Below are positions 1 through 12,714 of a DNA stretch of 64,000 bases, piece by piece. The position numbers and the translations under genes are program-made. A model generated the notes under the pieces. The model was not told where the DNA came from and did not search any database. It worked only from the letters and a program-made list of their open reading frames with translations. This DNA is from Thalia democratica (lineage: Eukaryota). The stretch spans positions 37,014,001 to 37,078,000 of the forward strand of contig OZ241829.1 of assembly GCA_965202585.1 (NCBI GenBank). Reading direction: 5' to 3'. How positions within the stretch are numbered: the first letter of the stretch is position 1; each line of letters opens with the position of its first letter.

Positions 1-362
1 AATAAGTACATATGATTTAAATTTACCCAGTAACAACCAAAGACAACATTTAATATAAACAAAATGGTTTTCTTATTATTTTTCATATAGCTTTTGATTG
101 ACGAAAACTTTATCAATAAGATACTGAGAACATTTTTTTTGTAAGAACGTTAGAAATCCATACAAATAGTTTAATTATAATCATGTAGCAGTTTAACTAA
201 AATATATATAAATTTAAAGTCTTACTTGTACTACACGCACGCATTATTGAATGTTGCACGACAAAAGACAATGCTGACGTCACTGATCAATGTCAGCAAA
301 AAGCTGTTTCATGCTTGCATCTACAAATCGTATGTAGATTGAAGACTGCAGTTTTTTTAATT

Positions 363-425
363 GAGACCGGCTAATGAGTCCAAATCAGGAGAAGTCTATC
401 CCAGTCTACCGAAATCCTGTGGTCT
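363..425 (+). ncRNA. Possible degenerate type I hammerhead ribozyme
   Basis: AGACC-GG-CTAATGA-GTCC-AAATCA-GGA-GAA-GTCT-ATCCC-AGTC-TA-CC...GGTCT. The core order and three stems are recognisable, but there are about four deviations from consensus. Confidence 0.3.
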
Positions 426-495
426 GATGATCAATTGGTATGATCAACCCTTTTGAAAAGTAAATTTTTCTTCTTCATAAGCTAATTAGTTTATA

Positions 496-605
496 GAACG
501 ACCAAAAAAGTGCTCAAAATATTCGGTCTTAGAACCTAGTGCACGAAGAACCTTTCGGTTATCGAGTCGCACACCACGGATACCTTTTAACGTCTTGTCC
601 AGGAC
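496..605 (-). repeat. SINE-like dispersed repeat, copy 1 of 4
   Basis: Core GTGCACGAAGAACCTTTCGGTTATCGAGTCGCACACCAC is shared with 27598-27692 (opposite orientation), 33162-33257 and 53829-53940. TGTCCTGGACAAGACGTTAA (minus strand) resembles a common SINE body motif. No A/B boxes were seen, so orientation is inferred. Confidence 0.7.
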
Positions 606-3600
606 ATGAAGTTCCAAGCGAATTGGGAAACATATAAGCTATTTTTAATACAACATATTCTTTTAAACCTTGCTGTTTGATAATTGTAAACATTTAATGA
701 TTTTTGTTTTATACATAAAAAAATGAGTTGGGCTAAATACAGCTTAAAAAAAAACTAAATAAATGTCTAAAACTATACTACAAATAAAAAAACGTTAGAA
801 AAATTGCTAATTGTGTTTAAACCATGGTTTCCAAAACTTTTTTTTATAACGCTCCCTTTGGAAAAACTTAAAAAGCAATGGTCCCCCTCCAATAAAGTTT
901 CTTAAAAATCTACTGTGCGCAAGATATTTTCTCGTCATATCTATTATATTTATCAAAACTATTCTTAAATACGCCTAAGAAAATTATTGCTCTTTTTCGT
1001 AAACTCCAGGATACCTATTATAAGTCTCTTGTCATAGTCTAGCCACCCCACCTCCCTCCTTACTGCTTTATATGCAATAAATAATCAGTTATTTCTTTAG
1101 TTTTAGTGATGAGCTAAATTTTTTAATGAATCTTGTACATGTTTCAATTGAAAGTTTATATTTATATCTTACTAGTCAGTTCTCGTTTTTGATTGACCAC
1201 ATTATAGTAACAAAATTACCATAGTTCTTTTTTAATGAGTTTACCAACAAATGTGTTGGGCTATGATCTAGTTTAAATAAGAAGTGATACGAACTACAAA
1301 GTTTTTTTTTTGTCGGTGCCTTTTTTTGAAGTTACTAAACAGTCCTAATTGTATCCTTGATCAGTAAGCAGTTCCTACGTGCAAGTTCAGCAACAAAGAC
1401 ATGGTTTTCTTTACTGTAAAAATAATGATTAAATTTTTTGAAGCAAAAAACAACCATGCGATGTATTTAGTAGCTTATTAATTTACTAAAACATTTAGCT
1501 ACATTTAAAAAAGTATTTTAAATAACAAGTTTAATAATTTTCGACAAAAGTTGGTTTTAATTTTAAGCTTAAATTTCATTTTTAAAAGTTGAGCACATTT
1601 AAAAATGTTTGTTATATAAAACTGTGTTTCATTTAGTTTTTTTTTTCAAGCTAAAAATTACGTAGCGTTATAAGTTACTCTTAGTTTTTACCTTTTTACG
1701 GCCGTACGTTGGGTACCTCTGTCTAGGTGTTATAAAGAATCTACAAATGCAATCATTTGTCTCATGTAACTACAAGTACACTTTTAGATGGTATATGAAC
1801 TATTTTTTTGCGTCCTAATTTGCAGCATAAAATTGTTTCATGATTTGTACATTTAATAGACTATCATAAAGCTTTGATCAAGATGCAGTATTAGTGGTAA
1901 AATATCCCATTTGCATAGAACAACTTATAAAACATTTGACTTTGTTTTTAAGTAGTGGAAAAGTAATAAAAAAAGCTTATAGCCAAGATTTTTTATGCAA
2001 TTATATATTTTAATGTGATAAACATTTTAAATCTTGTTCGATTTTATTGCAATTACCATCTGTGCTTAGCAGTTTGTTCGATGTTAAAGTTTTTATCATT
2101 TTATATCCTTAATAACAGGGGGCGGCAAATCGACTACTTATTCTAAAAATATTAAGATTTTTTTTAAGGCTCCTAGTTTAATAAAAAGTAAACACTTTTT
2201 AGTTAAATAATAAAATGTTTTGTTTAGCTTAACTTATTTAACTTTTCGTTTAAAGTAATTTTCTTATATATACCATTATAATTATTTTAAACAACTACAG
2301 CTCATTAATTAATTATTATCTGTATAGTGCAGCCTTCGAGTAGTTTTCCAATGAAAAACTTGCTCCAACTTGAAAATGCTACATAACCTTTCTCAATATA
2401 TTACTTGATAGACTCTGGTTATACTTTAAATTGAAGGTCCTTCGCCCATTATTCTGTTTGAAATGTCCCTTACTTTATTTAGTTACAACTAATCATCTAC
2501 CAAGTTAGAATAAGTCTCAAATGCTCAATTACAGTTCTAATATTTTTTAATTTCTTTAGTTATGTTTCAGGTAATAAATGACTGTAGGTAAACAGTTTCT
2601 GGTTTATTGAATTTTGACTTAACTTTGTTTTAACATAGGTGAGCAAAGGTTATTAAACTATCGCTAGCTTGTAAACTTTTGCTAATATTTTGAACATTTG
2701 TTGATTTCTGTTAATCTGAGCAGTGTTATTTTGATAAATCTTAAGGATAGGCGATACAAGATAAATTTAGAAACTACAGGTTTAGATATAATAAAAAATA
2801 AACGCAGTACTTCAAAAAACATTAATAGAAAGAACGCTTGTCGTGACTTCTCGTGAATGTCTACATTTTGTTTTACATAATTTATATCTATTTATAATCT
2901 CTAAAATCAAGTGATTTTTTATTTATTTAAATTTAACATAGTTTATATTAAAGACCAGAACTTCTTATTAAGTACGCATAGCTTGGCTGTGTTCATAAAA
3001 CATTACTATCGGTAGGTTACTGTAAATTGTTAATTTTATGTTTATTTTACATATTGTTAATATTTTAAACTGAAAATACATCTTATAATATTAAAAAGCT
3101 GTAAAAACACAAATTACCTTTAAATTGCTGATGTATCCTTAGTTTATTTCCCAAAAATTTTTTTTGACTAAATTAAGTTTTTCAAAGGACGTAAAACTGG
3201 TCGAAGACTTTATTAAGGTTTTTTTTTTACAAGTAATATAATACAGTTATTTTCTTAAAAAACAGATCTTTGTTGTTAATTTTATCAATTAATATAAAAA
3301 CCTTGCTAGTCGACGACTTAATTCATCAACTACTTATAAAATGACTGCTTTCTAATTTATTACTTGTTAAGGTTTAATATACGCGCGTATTGAAAAAAAA
3401 AGTTGTGCTTAAATTAAAATCAAGCAAAATTAAAAGTAATTTTATTATCGTGATAAAAAAAAAATCGATTGCTAGAAAGAAGAATAAATATTTTTAATTT
3501 GTTTATTATACTCTTTAATTCATTAAGTGCAAATAAATTACAAAGTAATGAGGCTTTTAAGAAACGTACTATTAAAGCTTGTAAACCACTAGTCAAAAAA

Positions 3601-5687
3601 TACCACTTTGGTATTTTACGAAAACATAAGTTTTCCAGTTCACATAAAAAAGTATCTTCATAATACTTAATATTTGTTTAACAACAAATTTTAACCAAAA
3701 ACTTTACACATCTGTTCAACTTTATAAGATTGAAAATGGCTTGAATATTTTCAAAAGCTAGTTTTTATCTTTAATTTACAAACTATAAAAATAATCTAAT
3801 GCTATGTTTTAATTATTAATTTTTTTAAAACTTGTAAAAATTTTTAAGTTATGTATTGTTAGTAAAAAAAAAAACTTTAAACGAGCTACGTAACGCAAAA
3901 GACTAAACTTTTAAGTTAATTAAGCTAACTTGGCTATATTGGGTATGCAATATTGTTTGAAAAAGATAGATAGTAAATATCTAAAACAACTTATTTGTTT
4001 GTTGAAATATTTAAAATTAAAGGGTTGAAATTTTTGTGACTTTTTATTAAACTCACATAGACTGTAGCTTTAAATATGTAAAAAATAAGTGAAAAGTTTT
4101 TAATTTGTAGTTTAAAACATTGGCTTAACTTTATAAAATAAAAACATAGCTCTGAACAACAGTTTTTTTTTGACAGAGAAACTTGAAAGAAGGCTCACAG
4201 TAAAATCAATTCAAAATAGTTTATAAACAATTTTCATTAAAATTATACTGTATACTTTATTAAAACTTCCCTTTTTAAAAAATAAAGTAAAAGAAAATAA
4301 TTTAAACGAGACTAATATTTAATTACTGCCTCCAATAATACACTGCAAGTGTTAAAAACTAAGTTTCAACTTATAAAAAATACTTAAGTAATTAATTTTT
4401 TTTAACTGACAAGGGCTGAAGTTCTCTAATTGTAATTGTAAAACGAACACTGGTTTTTGTTAGGTGTAAAAGTTTGCAGTAAGTAGCTCAAATAAGCTTA
4501 AACTATAAGCATAAAAACTTTACGTTATTAATTTAACATTATTGTATTTTTATTGTATACTTACATATATAAATTTTAAACTTTTTACTTACGTTTTTAA
4601 AACCATTTTATTGCTTTGTTCAATAAGATTTTTTTTAATAGTGCTTTATTTCTAATGTAAAACAATTAGCATTTCTACACTTACATTAAGCGTTTTGTTT
4701 AATAATTAACATCAAAGGTTTAACTTCCAACTTAACCTCGCTGAAATTTAGTTATAAAGTTCAGAAAATAAACAATTTTTTTTTTTGCAAAATTTAACTT
4801 TAAAATAATAAAAATGGTCAGAAACTTCTAAAAATTTTTCAAGTTTAGTTATATCTTTTTTAAAACACTAAAACGGGAATTCAACTTTAAAATTATCTTT
4901 TTGAAATGTTTGATATCGTTATAAAAAATTCAAAGAAAAATTTTCAAAATTAGACTACTAATCATAATAAGTTCTTAAAGTATACAAGTTTAAGAAGTAA
5001 ACAAATAATCGATGAAAAACATTAAAAAACGTATTACATATCAAATAAATTTGAAGAATGTTGAAAATGATATAGTATATTGAACACGTGAACGAAATCT
5101 CAGAAATTTTTTCAAAGAACCTGGTATATAGAAAGAATTTTCGGTTTATAATTTTTGGTATTATAAAAATACAAATAAAATTAAGGTAGTCTATTTAGTC
5201 GCAAGAGTTATACATGATTTTCTAAAAAATTAAAAGTTAATTTTTAAGCAAACTGTGGTAATAGTATACAAATATATATTCTTAGATACCCAAGCAGTCA
5301 GTACTTTTGCGTTGTAATCGAAAAAATTATTTAAAATCCCAAAAAAAAGTTTAAAGATTTCACAAGAGTATAAGAGCTTAAGGGTTTTTGTATCACTTGA
5401 AAGAAACAACTTTTAGATATAGAAAAAAATATAGCTTATAGATTATAAACACTTTAAAATTTAAACAGGTTGTAGTACAGTTTACTGATACTCATCAACA
5501 AATTTAAATAATAAATAAAACTCTTTTGGCTTCTAATCAGTTTTTAAAGGATTAGAAAAACAAAAACTTGTAATCTATCCTACCATGTTTATGTACGAAA
5601 TAATTCTATTTTTATTTAAATTATAATTTTCTATTTTGTTTGTTAATACGCAATATAGCAAGCCACTATTTTTCATAAGTTTTTGTT

Positions 5688-5689
<2 letters not shown>

Positions 5690-5720
<31 letters not shown>
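5690..5720. repeat. (TA)n microsatellite, ~15 units
   Basis: Direct reading. Confidence 0.95.
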
Positions 5721-5723
<3 letters not shown>

Positions 5724-6094
5724 TATATGTTTATAGATAGTGTAAGTTTTGATTATGAAAACTTTAAAATTTGTTGTTACAGAAAATACTTATTGAAAAC
5801 TGCATTTGAAATACAAAAATGTATTCATTTCAGTTTTGGATTATTTTGTTAAATTTTAATAAAATAAAACTTAACTTTATTTGCTTTTTCTTAAAAAGAT
5901 AGAACAATTAGCGATTAATACTTGTTCTTACGCTTATTTATCTAGCAGGGTAACATAAAACATACAAAATGACTTAAACCTGTTATTCATGGCGTAAAAA
6001 ACGAATAATAAACTTCGTGTTACATATCAAGTTTAACAAGTTAAAATTATTTGGTTTAATTAAGACTTTAACTAGAGATGTTACGAAATTTTTA

Positions 6095-6177
6095 GAAATA
6101 CATTTTACTGATTTTCGCACTGAAAAAATTTCGGCACTGAAGTTTTGAAATACATTTTACTGATTTTTGCACTGAAA
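6095..6177. repeat. Short tandem duplication (31-nt unit, 52-nt period)
   Basis: GAAATACATTTTACTGATTTT(C/T)GCACTGAAA at 6095 and 6147. Confidence 0.8.
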
Positions 6178-9100
6178 TAATTATATATAAAAAAAAACTT
6201 AAATATGTTATTTAATTTAAATAGATGCTGATAACATTTATAATAGATGCTGATTGTAATAGAAATAAAAACGTACTGTAGCGCAAAGTTTGTATACAAT
6301 AATTTTGAAAATTAACGCTTTGAGAAAAAATAAAAATATGTGTTGAAAATAGTTATGTGGTAAATGAGTAAAAAAATGTATAGTTTCAGTACTTTTATAC
6401 ATTGTTTGTAAGACTTTAATAACTTATTAATTTTTAAGGAAAGCATTTTTGTAAAGTGTTTTTGAATAATTTGATTTTATAGTAAATAAACCTTGTTGTA
6501 AACGTTTTGATAAAAAATAAACAATTAATCGTAATATAAATCGGGTATTTTGTTACTAAAAAGTTATAGTTATTATTTAAAATTTACTAAATATTCAATG
6601 GACGTTTAAGTTTTAATTTTCTTTAATAGAAGTGATTGACTTCAATTCAATATATATACATGTACATAAAAAACAATTTATAAAAGTAAGCATCAATGTT
6701 TTTTTGTAGAATGTTTAATTTTCTTCTACTAAATTAAAGTTTACATAAAAATAATATCATTGAATACAATCTCAAACAAAATATATTCTGCGCATAAAAA
6801 ACGCTGTTCTACACAATTTTTAACAGATAAACTTTAATCATATCTTTATTAATTTTGTTAATTTTTTTCTGAGTTTGAATAAAGAGGCAGATTTACTTTT
6901 TCAAAGTAAACATTAATTTTAATTTTGTTCAAGCTTTTGAGATTATTTTTGCTTATTTCTGCATAAATTTTGCTACATATAAACTAAAGATAATTTTGAG
7001 TTGTTTTGACAAACTTTTATTTGAGACTTTTATGTGTATAAAAATACTTTTTAATTTTTATTAAATAATTTAAAACTTAGTTAGTCCTAAACGATTTTTT
7101 TTAATCTGTTTTCAAAAACCTATAAAACTTTTTTTTAACAAATTTTATGCTAAAACTTTGTTTTAAAGGCTTTAATTAAGTTTAATTTATGAATAAACAC
7201 AAAATAACTTTGACAAGTCCAACCATTAAGATATATTGATTGCGCAATGACGTTAAATTGTTATCAACTTTTAGTTTATGTAACAATTTTATAAACTAAT
7301 ACGAAGTTTGTAGGTCTATACATAAAAATTTTAGAGAAAAAATCAACAACAAAAAAAAAACGTATGTAACAAGGAAATTTTTGTAGGCTTTTCAGCTAAA
7401 TATAACTTAACTGTTTCCTCATTTTATTTTACTTATGCAAAAATTTTTTATAAGTTTTTTAATAATTACTTAGGTACAACTTTAATTAGTAAAAATGTTT
7501 GCCGTGTACGACATGATATAAGATTTTAAAGATGCAAGTTGAATGAAAAAATTTTTTTCATGTTTCTCTAAACTACTTAAAAAAACAAAATATCAATCAT
7601 TTATATATTTTTAGTGTATCTTAAATATTTAAAGTACTAGTTTTAATTGTTGATTTAAACAGACTATAATTTTTTCTATCATAGTTTTTGTATTAAATTG
7701 CCTGGTATATACAAGCTAGAATTAGCCCTTTTTAACTTTTCACTACTGTGTTTTACTTAACTTTCAGTGATAATCGTACATTACCATAATATTATTGTAT
7801 TTTGGTATTATAGTTACAATGCTTTAGACAGTTTTATTTACATTTTAGATAAAACAGATATTTTTCAAGTCAGTATTTATGCACGAAAATTCGGTAAACA
7901 CTTTCTACTAGATGTTATCTCGTTTTGACCTTAAAATTAGTCATTTTTGATAAAAAAGTAATGAACTTGAAACTTTTCGTAGTTACAATGTTTATAGCAA
8001 AACATTGCAAACGAAATTTAGTTTAAGTCAATTAATGATTATCTTCAAACTTAAAAAAACCGTGTAAAGCTTTAAACTAGTTTTGCAACGATGAAACTTT
8101 GCATTCTAAATTTAAGTTAGAACTTAATTAACATCGACGGTTAACCTAAAACCAATGATTGATGATTAAGCTACAATATTTTTAAAACTTTACTTGCTTT
8201 TGCTAGTTTACCAAGTAGTATGTTGTTTAACTTGGTATCTTCTTACTAAAGTAAATAGAAACCTATAAAGACTATTTGAAAATAACCAATAATCAAGCAA
8301 AACTTTCAACACCGACTTTTAGATTTAAGCAAAAATAAATAAATCCTAAAATTAAATTTATCATTATTTGTTTATGGTGTTGTTATTTAAAACAAAGTTA
8401 TATTAATTAAAAACTTTCAAAATGAACAGCTTAGTTCTGAATTTTGGTTCAGGTTAAAAAGACAACTTTAGTTTATCAGTTTTAAAGAAGTATTTACTTT
8501 TATGATTAATTTGAATGAAATAATCTTATAACTTTAAAAGGTTTTAATGACTGAAGATAGATACTTAGTAATGCTTATGTTTTATGAAACAAAGAAATTT
8601 AAAACAAATTTGATGTTTATTGAAAAAACTTAAATTTGAACGTAATTTAAATTTTTATTAACTCTAATGTTAAAAAATGTAGTAATCAAAGATTAAAAAA
8701 AATAATAATAACGATATACTAAGTTGTGATTTTAAAGTTAAAGGGTATTTTGTGTTTAATACATTTTTTTACGAAAAAACCTAAAAATTCTTTTAAAACT
8801 TATTTTTTACAGTAAAAACTTAAAGTAAAACAGATTAAAACATTTTTTTTATTAAGCACTACTAGTATTAGATAAAGTCGGATTTTTATATAACAAAAAA
8901 TATTTATAATACCGTACGAAGGTTAGTTTAATGGAAACGTATATCTTTTAAAAAACCTGGTTGCATCAACTTTTGTAGAAAATATTTTAACCACCGTTAT
9001 TTCGGCGACTTTATGTATCCGCGCAGACGACACAACGAAATATTGAACTCAAACTCAGGCCGCAGGCAATAATATGCGCTGTTGAAGACGTTCTCGATCT

Positions 9101-12100
9101 TTCCGTTGAGAAACACAGCCGATATGTCAAGGTAACTTTGCAGCAGCAGCAGTAATAATAAAAGCAATGTATTGAAGTAAAAGCATTGTGATGAAACTCG
9201 GTAGCCGGTTCTCGAACGCTCGCGTGTCTTGCGGCTTTAGCTAGGCTCGAGCTTTAGAAAATATATCATCAAAACGACTTTTGTTGTGTGGAATTAATGA
9301 TTTCAGTGTCTACGCGCTGGCGCTTAAATTTGAGCCGGTATTATAAAACTAAGAGAGTGTACTTTTAGTGTTTAATCTAATGCTATTTTGTCAATAAACG
9401 AAACCTTAATTGGTAAACCATCTTATGAATTCGTAAAAATTAGTTGAAGTTAAACTGATATGATAACAAAACCCGAGTTAAAACTTCAATTGTAATAAAT
9501 TTTTTTTTTGGTATTTAAATAAATTATTAGTAAATTTAAGTTTTAAAAGTCATCAACTGATACTTTTTTAACTTGAAAAAGTTTTTTAGATAAGCTTTTA
9601 AAAATAAAGTTATAAAAAAATTGCATTACACAATTGATCTTCCTTTACGCTAAGACAGAGTTCGGCAGCCTTTCATAAAATGCGTGAATTTTGCAGGAAT
9701 AAATTTCTCGCGGACCGTATTTTTAACAAAGGCTTAAGCAGATTATAGTTTTTAAGATTGTTTTAGCAGTCATTATAAAAAGAATACACCATAAAAGTGA
9801 TAAAACTATAAGACTAGTTCCAATTTTTAGCCATATTAAAAAGTAATAGTTATTGTTTTAAAGTAAATTTTTCAGTTTTGAAAGCTCATCCCGGGTTGCA
9901 TTTTATTTTGCTTTTCAGGCCGCATTTGGTCCGTGTATCGCAGTTTTCTGATTTTTTTACTTGGAAATATCGAAAATAACAAACAAAAAGTCTTCTACAT
10001 GTCACTGTAAAAAGATAAAATTTTAATGCTACATAGATTTAGTCAACAGTCTAAATATTAAAAGTAATAGTACTTTTAAAAAGAACTTATACACCTGTGT
10101 CTTCTTAAAAATACAATCAAAATGGTTTAGAGGTAAAAAAAAAATTATAATAGGTATAACAGTGTATTTAAAGTACTTTAATAGTTTAAATTATTTTCAT
10201 ATTATTATTAATTTAAAGTTGTTTTTACTTTAAGAAAAAATCAAAAATGCAGTGTTTTTCATTAACAAAACATATTAAAACTTCTTGCAAGAAACTGTTG
10301 TTTGGATTGATGTAAATATAAAACAAACAGTCTAGAGTTACTTTTAAAAAAATTAAGTTAAAGCATGTTTTTTTTACTGAAGCAACTTTAACCTATACAT
10401 GTAAATTGAACTTAAACTACAGAGTTAAAAATATACGTTAACGTATTTGATCCTTTGCAATGCAATAGTAGACTAAATGTGTTTTTTTAAGTTTAAAACT
10501 TATTCTATGCGATACTATGAAAAAACTGGTAATAACTGGAATGTATAATTTAAAAACCGTTCAGTATTTAATCGAATATGAATTATAAATATGTTGTGTA
10601 TAAAACTGACATATAAAATATATTTATTTTTTTCATACTAATAGTTTTCTTCTGTACAAAAAAAAATAAAAGAAAATCATCGAAAAAGAAAACTATAGTT
10701 CTTGAAAAGTCTAAAGAAATAACTAAATATAATACGTAAATAACAATGCAACATGTATAATATAAAACAAGAAAAATTTGTTGTTTAAACTATATTGACT
10801 TTATCTTAAAACTTTGGTTTGGTAATATACTTTTACGATCTATTAATAATGTAATATAAAACTAGTATTTAATATAAACTCTTGCAAATCATTTTTAAAA
10901 GTTATGTCAAAAGCTTTATGGGTTATAAAATACAAAACTAGTATAATAGTTTTTATATTATTTAATGTTTACATATTTTAGTAACAATTTGACTAAATGA
11001 ATAGCAGAAAATGGTTAACTATTAATAAGCTCTTGATTTAAAAAAACAAATATAAAAAAGTAATGACTTAGTGTTTTTATTAAGTTTCATTTTTTAGTAT
11101 AAAATGTTTTTAATGTATTACTTTCAAAACATTAAAAAAAGTATAAAATATGACTTTTAAAGGTCCGCAGTAGTATAGCTTATAAGGTCAGCTAAGCTTA
11201 TAAAAAAAAAGTCTTTTGGAAAAAAAAAACCACAAAATATAAATGTGCAAAAACTTTAAATTAAATTCAAATTATGTTTTTGAACTGAAAAAGTATTAAT
11301 TTTAAGCTATTATGAAAACTAAACTAACAAATCACAAATAATTTTTTAAGTGCACCCAAGTATTATCAAAGTTTAGTCTTTAATTTCTACAGCTGCTAGT
11401 CCTTTTTATTTCAAAATATGAAACAATAAATCTGTAGTATTTTTGTTTAATCGATCTGAATACCGGTTTAACTATTTACTTTAGTTTTCTTTTTTGATAA
11501 ATTTGTGTATTTTGCTTATCAAAGTTGTTCAAAAAACTAATTAAAAAAATAAGTTTTGTTAAATTAAGATACAAACTGTTCACCAACTTTATTAACTGTT
11601 TACTGTAGACATTACGAGCGCATAATTAATGTTTTAATAAAGAATTAAATATCTAAAAAAAATTAAATAAATAAGATTATTTAAAAAATTTGGTTGTATT
11701 CGTTCAAGATTAAGTTATTCTGTAACCTCACTGATCAGAAAACTAAAAAACTAAAAATTGAAAGCATTAATTACGTAAATTAGACCTTAATGACTGTTTA
11801 AAGTATTTGAAAGAGCATGTATGTTTAAGCTAGATACTTTGTACTAAATCATAAGCAAAATACTTACATTAAGAAGCGCTTTTTTAAGTTATGCCATAAA
11901 TAGTAATTCAATATCAAAAGCTATATCAAATATCAATACGAACATTATGGTATAATCGTGTTGCAAAAGTTTTACTTAATATCGTGTTCATACTCTAGTT
12001 TGAAGCAATGAAAACACGTCAGGCTTACGCGTCGAGGGAGCTCTAAGGAGCACTATCTATGATTTTCTTTCTTGATTTACGACATTTTTCGCCTTTTGCT

Positions 12101-12531
12101 CTGTTAAACAACGTGTTTTCTACTCAGTTGACTTGCCCGCGGGCCTTTTGACTTTTGCTTATAAGAGCTTTCCGGCTGAGCTAGAAAGCAGAAATGTGAA
12201 AACATCTTATCTGAGTTTTTAATTAAACAAATATTTTATAAAACGATACAACTGAAAAAATTTTATATATAAACTTTCTTTAAAAGAACAATTTAAAAAC
12301 TAGAGGCAAATATATAATTGTATAAGTTACAAATTTATCAAATAAAAACGCAACAAATGTGTGTTTTTTTTTTTTCGTCAAGTTCATAGTAGCATTTTTT
12401 TAACTAAATATAAAGGTCAGAGAAAACGTTGTTAACGCAGCAAGAAAGTATTTATTTAAGTACATCATTTGTTAATAAATTTTAGTTTTTACTAACATCT
12501 TAAATCCAGCAATAACAGTGTTTATTTTTTG

Positions 12532-12713
12532 CAGCGTTAAAGCGAGAAGGGGCAAGTACCTCACTCTTAGAACTTTAACCTTATATAGTTTTTTTATTTA
12601 ATACATCCTAGAAAAAGTATCAACAAATAGATAAGTAAGTTGTATTTTTTAGAATTGCTATTGATTAGCCCTATTTTAATAACTTTCAATTTTGTTACAC
12701 TCTTCTTTTTCAG
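12532..12713 (+). promoter_or_regulatory. Candidate 5' non-coding exon (12535-12634) and 5'-UTR intron of copy 1; equivalent 40352-40528 in copy 2
   Basis: Homology between copies starts at T-tract+CAG (CAG|CGTTAAAG.GAGAAGGGGCAA.TACCTC..TCTTAGAA.TTTAA.CTTATATAG). There are donors GTAAGT at 12635 and GTAAGA at 40456, and an acceptor CAG|A-ATG in both. TATATAG at 12582/40402 is an alternative TATA-box reading. Confidence 0.5.
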
Positions 12714-12714
12714 A

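Noticed and set aside
3469-6299. Short AT-rich ORFs in intergenic DNA (also at 24.9, 27.8, 28.6, 29.4-30.1, 38.1-38.5, 50.6, 52.7, 56.3-57.4 and 58.5 kb)
   Set aside because: Their F/I/K/L/N-rich composition is expected from random AT-rich sequence. Many have non-ATG starts, and none shows motifs or splice support.
9000-9130. DISAVFLNGKIE...LCRL resembling the Copia RT motif DVxxAFLNG
   Set aside because: The match is short, the intervening sequence does not fit, and there are no other Copia motifs or LTRs nearby.
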